Part shown: positions 41,901 through 50,790 of the stretch, one piece after another | Layout: the number at the start of each line of letters is the position of its first letter | How positions within the stretch are numbered: position 1 is the stretch's first letter | Source of the DNA: an uncultured virus (IMG/VR IMGVR_UViG_3300020051_001048) | Taxonomy: Duplodnaviria > Heunggongvirae > Uroviricota > Caudoviricetes | Reading direction: 5' to 3' (one strand) | Virus record (IMG/VR): IMGVR_UViG_3300020051_001048 | Length of the DNA stretch: 64,000 nt | Program-made: the position numbers and the translations under genes | Notes under the pieces: model-generated | Database searches by the model: none | Told to the model about the DNA's origin: nothing | Seen by the model: only the letters and a program-made list of their open reading frames with translations

Positions 41901-44217
41901 CTTTCCCGCTAAACCCGTACATAAGACGGGTAATAGCTTCATCTCCTCTTCCGTTTGGTTGGGTAAAGAGGGGGAGAGAAGATTTAATGAATATAGCTCA
42001 AGAACACAGTTAAAGTTTCCATATCAAAGATATCTATATTGTGAAAATTTTGAAAAAGCTCAATTCCCAAAGTTGATGCCAATAAATATTACTGATCCTG
42101 AGATTATATCTTTATATTCAACAAGTCCGCCTTATGTCGTAACTTTGAAAGAGGATTTTAAAAATAGTGACGGTGCGCTTAAAGTTCATTGGAACCCAGT
42201 TTCCGACAAGTGGGAATACAATTATTTACCAGAACCCCAAGGTGGATTTTTTGATTTTGACTTATTTCCTCGTAATTTGAATTATAACGCTATATCTGCA
42301 ATAGCGGTTTCCGAAACCAATGATAAGAATTCAATTCCGCCAATTCAAATGCAACAACTAGCTCCTAAAGATTTGACTTCATTTCTTAGCGAGAACGGTA
42401 GACTTTCTGCTTATGTAAGATTCAATGATAGTCAGTATTTAGATTTTAGTCAAGTGGGGGCTGATAGCGTTTATCAAGAAGTCTTAACAAAAGACGGGAT
42501 TGTTCCAGATATTATGGATGATTTGGAAAATGTTAATCCAGAGCAACCAGATACAATGAATAGAATTAGAGAAAGACTGCTATCCGATGGTGATTACAAA
42601 AAACCAAAGGCCGTGGCGTATGTAAAATGCTCTATAGATAGTAAATTTTACATGGCTCCTAAAATATTAAAGGATAAGGTTGATCTCCTTCTACCGTCTG
42701 AAGACAAGATGGTGGCGCCAGAAACATATGTTTATGGTCGTAGGGTTAGGTGGCAACCGTCGTTTAGTAAGCCAGAAGTAGTTCAATTTACAGATCCCAC
42801 TGATGGCAAAGAAAAAGTTGGATGCGCTCAAGCTGTTGTCTCTCCGTTATTCGATGTCGCCTCAACGGGTGGTTATGATGAAACGAGATATAGAAATCAA
42901 GATTATATGCGTAGGTATCACCAAGAAACTGAAAGCTGGAAAGTTGTTACAAACGATGAAGAGTTAGACCCAGATCACGTATGGGCTTTGATTACGATTC
43001 CCGGTAGAATCTCTTCTACTGAAGAAAAAAGATTTGTAGATTCTATATTTTCATCTGCTAATACAAATACAATAAAAAGTATATTAACTCAAGATGTTGT
43101 TAGAGGTCCGATTGGATTTGACCAACCAGCACCTTTTATTAACGAGCAAATTCCAATTGATTGCGAAGAATTTTCCTTTTCAGAATTGCATAACGCACAG
43201 ATTGCACAAAGAGAAGCAAAACGTAATTATAATATTGCAAACCCAGATTTAAATATAAACTACGCCGCACCTTCTCCTATATACCCAGATATTGTAGCGC
43301 TTCCTCTTATGTCGAACGAAAGGTGTTATGGTCCTTGGTACTCTTCTTACAACTTTAATTCCGACTATGCCTTTTCTGGCATTAAACCAGTAGCCCAAAA
43401 GCAAAGATATATTGATATTGGCGGTAAGTCTGAATTTATTAAAGATGAGAATTTAGCGCCTTGGAATTATGCTGGATATCAACTAATGAATGAAGCTGGA
43501 AAACTAAAGTCAGAGTTTTCAAATAGCCTAATGCTGTTTTCTGAACGTGGTGGATTCGTATTCCCAGATATGCCAAGTGGTATTATAGCCGGTAGAAGTT
43601 TAAAAGAAGATGGACCAATAATTACATCCATATCTTTAGATATATCTAATAGCGTTAAAACAACGGTTAAGCTAGATCTGTATTCGTCTAGATTTGGTAA
43701 GCTACAAAAACAAAAAGAAATTGCTATAAGCCAAATGGCTAGAGAGCGACAGAGGATTATTGACGATAGAAATAAGAGAATAAGACAGGGTATAAGAGGT
43801 TCTATTAAGGGGCAAGATATTATCGGAAGTCAAGCAAGAGCTGTGTTTGCTCAATCTTCGCAGATATATTCTTCTCTTGAAAGAGGTGAGACGGTGTATA
43901 ATAATCTATACGCATCTGTTGATAAACAAACTACACCTTATAAGCTTTCTAGCGTATATCCAGAAAGTCAGATTGAAGATCCAATAATTTCTATAGATAA
44001 ATACACCCTTTCATCTGCTACGCAAACCCCTCAATATCTAGAGGAAGCGATTAGCATAGATGACGAAAAAGCTTTACAGAGAATTAAGTGGCAATCTACT
44101 GCCGGTGGTAATTACAACACCTTCTTTCACGGTGCAGATAATTCTTCTTATAGCGATTATTTTCCACATGCTGGATACATAGACATGAGTGCAACACTTA
44201 GGAGGACTAATCAATGA
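38932..44217 (+). CDS. Putative baseplate hub/central tail protein
   Basis: 1761 aa; QQTFLGASIRNFN..GFG..STLSVSLV and VQVVDPREIL N-terminus; GPIITSISLDI..TTVKL C-terminal hub-like strands. Confidence 0.55.
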   Translation: MEDYKSLIPSSGDLGTHWPGSFNITQGKEGKTSFADWTNGNEGFVQQTFLGASIRNFNINIGFGDTSSTLSVSLVSDEYNKSDKKPLGEGDDVYHNGEYDNFIPPPVGSPVFFKFGKNLASVKESWLRYLDILYPQYIGEKGYHPAVRPKFKEFLTSGTFDSTPGPHYILIKEDQDGVRTWEDREKLVDIDLLKKGENRGYDHILFGGILQNYTENKSQNGNPLFDVQVVDPREILSNVQLILGNYADTTFDNQNMINVFGFLEYDPSDKLKTALENDCYDKWIFQKRVMVTGEDIGKVKYVGRSEYTKEERVASTSKASDALLDIYEFKDFLPGVTFGSAISILEGDVLPDPMPRYFPITGEGFARRSDLGIPWFRVSQALAAMWEEYGQLPKEYKDAGFGGEIDFRGFNYIVDFSGFPVDKIPDLYFLDFEQIDLLSLCQEMCDIISHDLVVSLQPVVEHPAFKFLYGRNKYYIEQGLYEKIVHGVIRVEAIDRSKQPSYGAIQKYLDELSARNIYVENQDVGFELSNVVTDKLVAGAQEVNMYFFSSQCDRDVLEYRKKLYNVKDERHQDVVDNQWSLEASLKQQILPFYGFIGDNAVTIPRGFGSYQQVMLDTSNLDAIGVGNYYVATEMEMRAALVSYEKWKNFLLDYNDLYIEELTEGKAFYDNLAATTDAQIDGFTNLPESFGLGDLTNRQFGVSVPRCVFNSDRGQSFGMTVDPENFYPEDLTYLDSKPSTSLAIDSEYNLPRSPCSPPYGYPLYYKRAERIGIPEAGIIRLGNIKNNILTKIQDYRDKLAKDSDAVLNVDKQEADPNRNQPTGSDNTSQPAGNQPHSAAVTNVELNEDTTLLNDQLNCAQKRMKEIQDDWSEVVKNTGPDEIVRELARIESFLERNEKLMRNISKNSRKAEKNAKKVYEFIKSVAEENLGKKFLVKIPKYTNNNFSTFSSINANIELVPALDAEGNEIPGVLVDGGDVGEKILETIGSPFGFPAKPVHKTGNSFISSSVWLGKEGERRFNEYSSRTQLKFPYQRYLYCENFEKAQFPKLMPINITDPEIISLYSTSPPYVVTLKEDFKNSDGALKVHWNPVSDKWEYNYLPEPQGGFFDFDLFPRNLNYNAISAIAVSETNDKNSIPPIQMQQLAPKDLTSFLSENGRLSAYVRFNDSQYLDFSQVGADSVYQEVLTKDGIVPDIMDDLENVNPEQPDTMNRIRERLLSDGDYKKPKAVAYVKCSIDSKFYMAPKILKDKVDLLLPSEDKMVAPETYVYGRRVRWQPSFSKPEVVQFTDPTDGKEKVGCAQAVVSPLFDVASTGGYDETRYRNQDYMRRYHQETESWKVVTNDEELDPDHVWALITIPGRISSTEEKRFVDSIFSSANTNTIKSILTQDVVRGPIGFDQPAPFINEQIPIDCEEFSFSELHNAQIAQREAKRNYNIANPDLNINYAAPSPIYPDIVALPLMSNERCYGPWYSSYNFNSDYAFSGIKPVAQKQRYIDIGGKSEFIKDENLAPWNYAGYQLMNEAGKLKSEFSNSLMLFSERGGFVFPDMPSGIIAGRSLKEDGPIITSISLDISNSVKTTVKLDLYSSRFGKLQKQKEIAISQMARERQRIIDDRNKRIRQGIRGSIKGQDIIGSQARAVFAQSSQIYSSLERGETVYNNLYASVDKQTTPYKLSSVYPESQIEDPIISIDKYTLSSATQTPQYLEEAISIDDEKALQRIKWQSTAGGNYNTFFHGADNSSYSDYFPHAGYIDMSATLRRTNQ

Positions 44218-47200
44218 GTAGGATTTATAATACAAATCACAAAATGAAGGGACTTTTTCAGGACTCAAACTGGAATGATTCTCATTTATTTGTTGTTAAG
44301 CATAGATTCTTTGAAAAATTAGGTTTATCTACTTTTTCTTTGAATGAGATTTATGACTGGGTTTGCGAGACAAAAACCGGTGTTGATAGAGTGTCAATGG
44401 GCGAGATGTTTTTTCTTGAACCAAACGCGGTTATGTCAAAGTATGAAAACGTAAAATTATACCAAAACGCACTTAATACTCTATATCCCGGCCCCGATTC
44501 GCCCGTAGATGCTATCATTGGTTCGCAAAATTTAACAAAAGATCTTTACATAAGCGCTTGGAGAAGTAGCGGTAGAAATGGTCGATACGAAGAGATAGAA
44601 ATACAAAATTGGTCACTTCAGATAAAGGAAGAATCGTATACATATAGCGACCTTCAACTTGACGAGTTTGAAGGAAAAATTGTCAATGGTGGAGACTTAG
44701 AACCAACTTCCTATTCTGAAAATAAGTTTGCTTTAGACTGGACTATTATTGACAAGATCATACAAGTAAATAATTTTGTTAATATTCTTCATAGAACAAA
44801 GAAAGTAGAAGACTTTACTAGAAAAGAACGGGCAAGATATGAATTTATAACAGATATTAGGGCTAGCAAGCAGGGTTGTATTCTATGGAAGTCTCGCCTT
44901 GGTTTTGTTTTACAGTTACCAGTGAAAACGCACAGGGGAATCCCAAGAGAGGTTAGCGATAGCTGTGTAAAAAACGATGAAATAGAATTTAAATTACATC
45001 TCTATGGTGGTAGTAACCCAAAAAATACAGAGAGGGTTGCGGCAATTCAAAACCCTGTATATGCACAATTAAGACAAAATCCCATTGGGCAAACTTATGT
45101 TAATGAAGACGAAAAAGGCTCTCAAGTAGAATATAACGTATCCAATCCTAAACCTTCAAACGCCGTTTCTGCTTCAATGAGTATGACGTATAGCGAGTTA
45201 GAGGGAAGATGGGAGTCTGGTACTCAGCAAATTTTTGCAATTCTTCAGAGCGACATAGCTGCTGCTGAATATCCAGTAGATTTTCTTCTTTCCGATGAGA
45301 ATACGTTGTTAGACCCAAGCAATGGGTTTGGTATTAAGATGGGTTCTGCTATGCCAATATTAATGAAGAATAGGAATCCAAAACAATGGATGCCAAACTT
45401 TAAGCTAACTAGAGAGCAGAGAGAAAGGGCAACAGAGGAGGCAATAAAAAATGAAAAAGTCTTTATTGATGTATATAATCCATTTAATGTTGGGTTTGCG
45501 TCTGGCGATCCCGTCATTTTACAGAAAATCCAAGGTGTGTGGATTCCATTAACTCCGGGTGCAGGAGCGGCAACGCCCGTTGCGCCAGCAGATCCTAACT
45601 GGGATTTTACGTATTTGATGACGAATACGATGCACTATTTTAAAACCAAAGATAGAAAAGTAACCATTGATCCACTTACATACGAAAAAGCTTTTTATAA
45701 TGAGTTTTATAAAGGCGATGAGATTCCTGTTGAAAATTCAGCTACGATTAAACCTATAACTAATAGTGCAAAATCTAACAAAGAAAGGTATAGCGGAAGT
45801 TTTCCAGTCATAGATATTGACGGACAAGAAAAAAGCTCCGAGGAGTATATAAAAACTACAAATGGATATATGCAGATAACCTCTTGGGATTATATGGGTA
45901 GGCATTTTGGTGGGACAAAGACTAATAATCAAAATTCTTTATCTGCTATTAGATTTGGGTTTGACGCAGACAATCAGCCGTTTGAGGATGATGGTTATGA
46001 TAAGAAGATGAATACCTATCCATTTTTTGGATGTGTATTTCCAGACGGCCATGTTGGAGGCACAACTTTAGCTCAAGTTCAAAATGAAAACAGAGATTTT
46101 TGTTTATACGCTAATAATATGTGTATCAATAATACCTTTACTTCAACTGGCGTTCTTACTGAAATAACATATGGATTTTTTAATAATGTCGGTAAATCAA
46201 CAAATCCTCTTACCACCCCATTTTCTGACGATATTTCTGTTAGAGGTAATTATGAAGTGACTGGTGTCGCCGCAGCAAAAAAAGGTATGTTTCATGAAGA
46301 ACAAGGAAACTTTTGGAATCTTCCAGCCGACATTGCCACCAACTGTAGTACGCAGGGTCAATGGGGTTGGCCTATTTCCTCTGTAGGCCATTGGCAACAC
46401 AAGATAGAAAGAGCAATTTTTTTTCCCGGTTTTAGATCTAACATATATAGATACTTCGATGAACGTGAAGACGGTCGTCCGATTAGATATAATTGGGTTT
46501 CTAAGAGGAAGATGAATGACGATATTCTAGAAAACGGTGAAGATCAAGAATCAAGCGGCGTGTTCTCTGCTGAGAAAGTTAGCTTCTTTTCTTCTAGCGG
46601 TACGGGCGGCGATTCATATTCATATCACGATAATGTATTTAATATAAAGCCTAATAATACTCTTAAAATTGAGTTTAGACCTTTATCACAAGAGCTTTAT
46701 TCTCAGTGGGAATTTTACACAGCTGAGTTTCCTAATAGTTGGGATGGAGATGGCTCTGTAAACCTAGTAGCTGATAGTAAGGATTTGGCAAAAGATTCTG
46801 ACAAGAGAGGTGAGTACGCTTATCGTATTTATCAAGCCACTGACTATAACCCATATGAACCCTTTCTCTCAAAAGAATCTTTATTAAGAAATTGGTATAC
46901 GACAGGTGGCGATATAGAGAGTGAGCATAGTTTAATAGGACAACAGGGGAGAGGTGAAAATCTTGATAAAATATTTCATAATGGATTAAAGTATAATGTA
47001 GACATCTCTCCGTATGAAAACAATGGCATACCTGATACAGTAAATAATCCAAGAAATTGGTGGATTGAAGATTGGCATAATCCTCAAGTTGACGGCGGCG
47101 CTGGGGCTATTGGTGTTATTGGCGCAGTCGTAACTGTTTCAACAAACGACATAATTGATATAACGACAGAAAATGCACTAGGGGTTGACGGATATTTAGA

Positions 47201-48614
47201 ATTTTTCTCTCCAATTGAGGGCAATCAATTTGGATGCTCTATTAGAAACGGCGATTATAAGGATGCCGCTACGACTAATCTTTATGCTAGAATATACACT
47301 CAGCACCCAAGAGAGTTGACTGTCTACGATCCAAGATTTTTTGTTGTTCATCATTTTAACGATGACATTGTAATCGAAAGACAAGATGTTACGATGAATT
47401 GGGCTAGCGGTGGAGCGGTTTACACAGATGAAGAGATATTGGCTGACACTGGCGTAGGAGGTTTGTTTTATAATAATGATCCTGTTACTGACACTTTTGT
47501 AGATCAAGACCCATACAGCTATAGCGATAAGTGGTATGAAGTTTCAAGAAGAGATTCAGATTTAGATTTAAGAGTTCCCACTTATGCTACGACCAACGGT
47601 TTGGATGAGATACCAATTGGCATTGACGTTTTTGGGGACGCCATAACTACTGGCCCTCATAAAATCAGATCAAACTCAGAGGATTGGAAGCTAACTACGC
47701 AAAGACGTGGAAAACTTCTACCATATTCATTTAATTATAACGTCTTAGCGGTTGCACCTTCGGGTAGCGATGATATTACCGAGTCGATAGAAGAGGGGTA
47801 TGGCCCTATGACGGTTTATGAAATTGGTAAAAAGATATTAATAACAGCCAGCGGTGCTGGTTACTCAAATTCAGATTTATTCAGCGTGGCTGGCGGAAAA
47901 GGAGGTTTCCTATTAAGAGCAATAACAACAGGAGACCACGGCGGTATTACAGGTTTTAAAGTAGAAGCGCCCGGTTTAAGGTTTAATATTGAGGACTTTT
48001 TACCATCGGGACATATTATTCAGTGGGAAGTTGGTGGCGATGCTCCTACCGGCGGATTGGAGATTATACCATATCCTCAATCAGTTAATCCAATTCAAGG
48101 TACTGGATTAAAAGCATTTACCATTGCTGGTCAGGTTATTCTTAGTCCAATTTTAACAGATTTTAAACCCAAACTCGCTACTGGCTCTAGAGAAATTAAG
48201 GTAACACCAAATATTCCAAGGTGTGATGATAATAATTTGACACCACAGCAGCAAGATGCCCTAACAACTAGTATAGATATTATAGATTTTAGTGCTAATA
48301 ATCAATACGACATATTTCTGCATTATCATAATGATATTTCTCACACTAGGATAGATGCTGGCGATATACCTTTCCCAGCAGAACAGATGGTAAGATTGAA
48401 CATTGGAACCAACGACGGGTCTACTACTTCAACCAATTCTGCAAATTCTACTCTTGATCTAAATGGAAATGATTTTTCGAGTTTTGATGCGGATTCATTC
48501 TCTATGAATTCTAATCTTGACACTGGACTTGGTGGAGCCTTCTTTGACAATAGTAATAATCAAGGAAACACCTTGGGTGGAGGAGGACTCGGTGGAGGGG
48601 CTTCTTTCAGATAA
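44214..48614 (+). CDS. Large virion protein (tail tip/fibre-like)
   Basis: 1466 aa; ITASGAGYS..ITGFKVEAPG fibre-type repeat near the C-terminus; ATGA overlap. Confidence 0.6.
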   Translation: MSRIYNTNHKMKGLFQDSNWNDSHLFVVKHRFFEKLGLSTFSLNEIYDWVCETKTGVDRVSMGEMFFLEPNAVMSKYENVKLYQNALNTLYPGPDSPVDAIIGSQNLTKDLYISAWRSSGRNGRYEEIEIQNWSLQIKEESYTYSDLQLDEFEGKIVNGGDLEPTSYSENKFALDWTIIDKIIQVNNFVNILHRTKKVEDFTRKERARYEFITDIRASKQGCILWKSRLGFVLQLPVKTHRGIPREVSDSCVKNDEIEFKLHLYGGSNPKNTERVAAIQNPVYAQLRQNPIGQTYVNEDEKGSQVEYNVSNPKPSNAVSASMSMTYSELEGRWESGTQQIFAILQSDIAAAEYPVDFLLSDENTLLDPSNGFGIKMGSAMPILMKNRNPKQWMPNFKLTREQRERATEEAIKNEKVFIDVYNPFNVGFASGDPVILQKIQGVWIPLTPGAGAATPVAPADPNWDFTYLMTNTMHYFKTKDRKVTIDPLTYEKAFYNEFYKGDEIPVENSATIKPITNSAKSNKERYSGSFPVIDIDGQEKSSEEYIKTTNGYMQITSWDYMGRHFGGTKTNNQNSLSAIRFGFDADNQPFEDDGYDKKMNTYPFFGCVFPDGHVGGTTLAQVQNENRDFCLYANNMCINNTFTSTGVLTEITYGFFNNVGKSTNPLTTPFSDDISVRGNYEVTGVAAAKKGMFHEEQGNFWNLPADIATNCSTQGQWGWPISSVGHWQHKIERAIFFPGFRSNIYRYFDEREDGRPIRYNWVSKRKMNDDILENGEDQESSGVFSAEKVSFFSSSGTGGDSYSYHDNVFNIKPNNTLKIEFRPLSQELYSQWEFYTAEFPNSWDGDGSVNLVADSKDLAKDSDKRGEYAYRIYQATDYNPYEPFLSKESLLRNWYTTGGDIESEHSLIGQQGRGENLDKIFHNGLKYNVDISPYENNGIPDTVNNPRNWWIEDWHNPQVDGGAGAIGVIGAVVTVSTNDIIDITTENALGVDGYLEFFSPIEGNQFGCSIRNGDYKDAATTNLYARIYTQHPRELTVYDPRFFVVHHFNDDIVIERQDVTMNWASGGAVYTDEEILADTGVGGLFYNNDPVTDTFVDQDPYSYSDKWYEVSRRDSDLDLRVPTYATTNGLDEIPIGIDVFGDAITTGPHKIRSNSEDWKLTTQRRGKLLPYSFNYNVLAVAPSGSDDITESIEEGYGPMTVYEIGKKILITASGAGYSNSDLFSVAGGKGGFLLRAITTGDHGGITGFKVEAPGLRFNIEDFLPSGHIIQWEVGGDAPTGGLEIIPYPQSVNPIQGTGLKAFTIAGQVILSPILTDFKPKLATGSREIKVTPNIPRCDDNNLTPQQQDALTTSIDIIDFSANNQYDIFLHYHNDISHTRIDAGDIPFPAEQMVRLNIGTNDGSTTSTNSANSTLDLNGNDFSSFDADSFSMNSNLDTGLGGAFFDNSNNQGNTLGGGGLGGGASFR

Positions 48615-48627
48615 TTAAACAATTTTC

Positions 48628-48636
48628 GTGTATAAT
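48628..48636 (+). promoter_or_regulatory. Putative late promoter GTGTATAAT
   Basis: Intergenic; followed by TAACAGGAGA RBS, closely matching the tube-gene leader. Confidence 0.75.
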
Positions 48637-48666
48637 ATAGTGAAATTTCTTAACAGGAGATAAAAA

Positions 48667-49401
48667 ATGGCAGCTTCAATTACATTTCACGCTAACATTC
48701 CGGCGCAAGCTAGTAGCGACGACCCAACTCTCATAGAGCATACCAGTAATTCTGGTATTGGCTTCTTTGGCGACTTGTTTGGTCTCTCGGTTCCGGTCGG
48801 AGAGTGGCAAAATACTACATATGTAACAAATTCTAACGGTACATCGTCTGGTGTTAAGGTAAATAATACTAAATTTATCACTTCTACCGGAGTTTCTAGC
48901 AATGGCGCTGGCGCAATTGAGCTAGATGCTATGCCAAATTATTACGCTCCATTGAATGTTAGATTTACGAACGACTCGGCTGTAAAGGTTCAGAACTGCA
49001 AGTTGCGGATTTTCGATAGAGTCAATCCAGCTAACCCAGCTACCGGGGTTTCTACAAAGGTTTTCGAGTGTCGTCATCCACATCCGGTTTCTGCTGATAA
49101 CGCTGGAACAGGTACTCTTTCACTTAAAGGCGATTCAGCTTCCACTTGGAAGACGTTTTTAGCTACAGATGATGACAACGAGCTAGATTTAACGTCATCT
49201 CCCGGAGAAAGTGGGCTAAACACAAGTCCGGAAAGCACACTTCCGTCTCAGGCTAGTGACGGTTACTATAACTATGTTACTACTGATGGAACGCTACACA
49301 GTAGCGCACAACACGACTGGTACATCGCTCTTTCTGCTTCCCCAGATACCATTGGGAGCAAGACGGAATACGGACTGTACGTCACTTTAGAATATTTATA
49401 A
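48667..49401 (+). CDS. Probable abundant virion protein
   Basis: 244 aa, Ser/Thr/Gly-rich; own promoter, strong RBS and a terminator. Confidence 0.7.
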   Translation: MAASITFHANIPAQASSDDPTLIEHTSNSGIGFFGDLFGLSVPVGEWQNTTYVTNSNGTSSGVKVNNTKFITSTGVSSNGAGAIELDAMPNYYAPLNVRFTNDSAVKVQNCKLRIFDRVNPANPATGVSTKVFECRHPHPVSADNAGTGTLSLKGDSASTWKTFLATDDDNELDLTSSPGESGLNTSPESTLPSQASDGYYNYVTTDGTLHSSAQHDWYIALSASPDTIGSKTEYGLYVTLEYL

Positions 49402-49404
49402 AAT

Positions 49405-49430
49405 AACCCCGCTTTCACACGGGGTTTTAT
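49405..49430. terminator. Bidirectional intrinsic terminator
   Basis: AACCCCG-N8-CGGGGTT stem; T-rich tails on both strands (+ TTTTAT, - TTATTTTAT). Confidence 0.8.
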
Positions 49431-49684
49431 CTGGTTTGTACATCCTTTTATTTGATTAAGGCCAGAATCTTATCATCTCATAATAAAAGGTATGAGGGGG
49501 TAATACCCCCTCTGCTTTTTGGAGTCGCTAATAACTACTCAAGAAAGCTAACTTAGTTTTAGGTTATTAGATGGCTTGTGTTCACTACTATAAATTAAGG
49601 CCATGATTCTTATTTAATAATAGTAGTGCTATTTGATCTTTCTGTCTTATGGTAAGATAGCAACACTTACTTTGTTTAAGACAG
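49430..49684 (-). ncRNA. Array of four structurally homologous pseudoknot units (unrecognised structured RNA)
   Basis: Each unit has an 8-9-bp stem, bulge, AAG-loop(8-9)-CUU and a CAA linker, followed by a 5-6-nt strand complementary to the loop; pairings are conserved while sequences differ. Confidence 0.75.
49494..49512. other. GC-rich hairpin inside the array (terminator-like or processing element)
   Basis: GAGGGGGT-AAT-ACCCCCTC, 8-bp perfect stem. Confidence 0.7.
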
Positions 49685-49687
49685 TGG

Positions 49688-50023
49688 TCATTCATTTTGA
49701 CCAGTTTTGGCGTTCCACTTTACCCACCCGTGATCAGGCAACCAGTTTCCGTCTGGGTCTTTACGTTTCGGGAATAGTGTTCCACCTTTCTTATTTACAC
49801 CAAACGATAGTCTTGCGCCACAGTCTGCACAGCGTAGTTCATAATATTCATTATCATCTACAGTTCTAACGACAAATCTTACATTGTCGCTACCGCATTT
49901 ACCGCAAGATGACTCTTCAAAAACCTCTTGGAACTTTGCGATTTCTGCAAAGATGCTTTTTTGGTCATCCCCTGACAACTCAACGCTAAGACGACCGTTA
50001 CGTGTTTGATAATTTACTTTCAT
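49688..50023 (-). CDS. Zn-ribbon protein
   Basis: CGKC and CADC pairs; likely start ATG 50023 (ATGA overlap, GGAG RBS). Confidence 0.75.
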   Translation of the reverse strand: MKVNYQTRNGRLSVELSGDDQKSIFAEIAKFQEVFEESSCGKCGSDNVRFVVRTVDDNEYYELRCADCGARLSFGVNKKGGTLFPKRKDPDGNWLPDHGWVKWNAKTGQNE

Positions 50024-50790
50024 GCATTTCTCCAATCTTCTTGATAACCAGTAATTGAACTAGGAATTAAATCTTTATTTTGCTGATACTCATTGAGTTT
50101 CTCAATCGCATCACTCGCTTGCTTCTTATCAATCTTCCTTGACACAGAAAGATTAAATACATCTTTAAACAGTTTTGCTGGACTGATATCCAACTGCTTA
50201 CTTTTACCATCAATGAACCTTTCTTGGTTCTCTGTCATTCTACCTGTTGATTGATATTCTCCTTGTGTACTTTGTATCGCATTAGTTTGACTGATACTCT
50301 TAACGATCTCAGCGGTATTCTTTTTAGTGACCTCTTCTGCGGCAACCACACGCAATCTAAGAGCTTTTCTTAGCGCACGACCTTCTGCTCTAGTCGCTGC
50401 CGTAGCGGTGTTAAACACACAAAATGTGTCGTCTGTATTGCCCTCCCAGCAGTCTGCCACATCACTGAACGATTGCCCGTTCTCAAACACGATTTCCCAG
50501 ATAACAGTTGCTCTACCAATACCATTATCATCTTGCGGCGGGAAGACTTTTGTAGGTCTACTGATTACGATATCACCGAATAGCAATTCTGCTACTCGCC
50601 GTAAACCGTGGCATAACGGTCGCCCATCATACATTTCATTATCTTCAAATAGACTTAGAACATAATCATTCCATCCGGGATCTGTGGTTTTTGGTCTACC
50701 GTCATCTATGATATCTACAACGCCGGTTCTGGTATTGGAAGGGGTTTGTAATTCAACGTCTTCAAATAAATCATCTGTTTTACTACTCAT
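50020..50790 (-). CDS. Putative Rad52/Sak-like ssDNA annealing protein
   Basis: GLRRVAE..RATVIWEI..FSDVAD..ATAATRAEGRALRKAL motif plus a C-terminal MTENQ..FI small helical domain. Confidence 0.6.
   Translation of the reverse strand: MSSKTDDLFEDVELQTPSNTRTGVVDIIDDGRPKTTDPGWNDYVLSLFEDNEMYDGRPLCHGLRRVAELLFGDIVISRPTKVFPPQDDNGIGRATVIWEIVFENGQSFSDVADCWEGNTDDTFCVFNTATAATRAEGRALRKALRLRVVAAEEVTKKNTAEIVKSISQTNAIQSTQGEYQSTGRMTENQERFIDGKSKQLDISPAKLFKDVFNLSVSRKIDKKQASDAIEKLNEYQQNKDLIPSSITGYQEDWRNA

Noticed and set aside
11644..48902. Many 60-145-aa antisense or alternate-frame ORFs inside large genes
   Set aside because: Shadow ORFs of long coding frames with no RBS or motifs.
49430..49684. CRISPR mini-array or integron attC cassettes
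   Set aside because: No identical direct repeats with spacers, no RYYYAAC/GTTRRRY ends, no cas or integrase gene; conservation is structural rather than sequence-level.
49430..49684. Known riboswitch or ribozyme (preQ1, SAM-II, twister, HDV-like/theta)
   Set aside because: Their conserved core nucleotides were not evident by eye, and the position is 3' of genes; an Rfam scan is needed to exclude formally.
49633..49869. 78-aa plus-strand ORF
   Set aside because: TTG start without RBS; antisense to the Zn-ribbon gene and overlaps RNA unit D.
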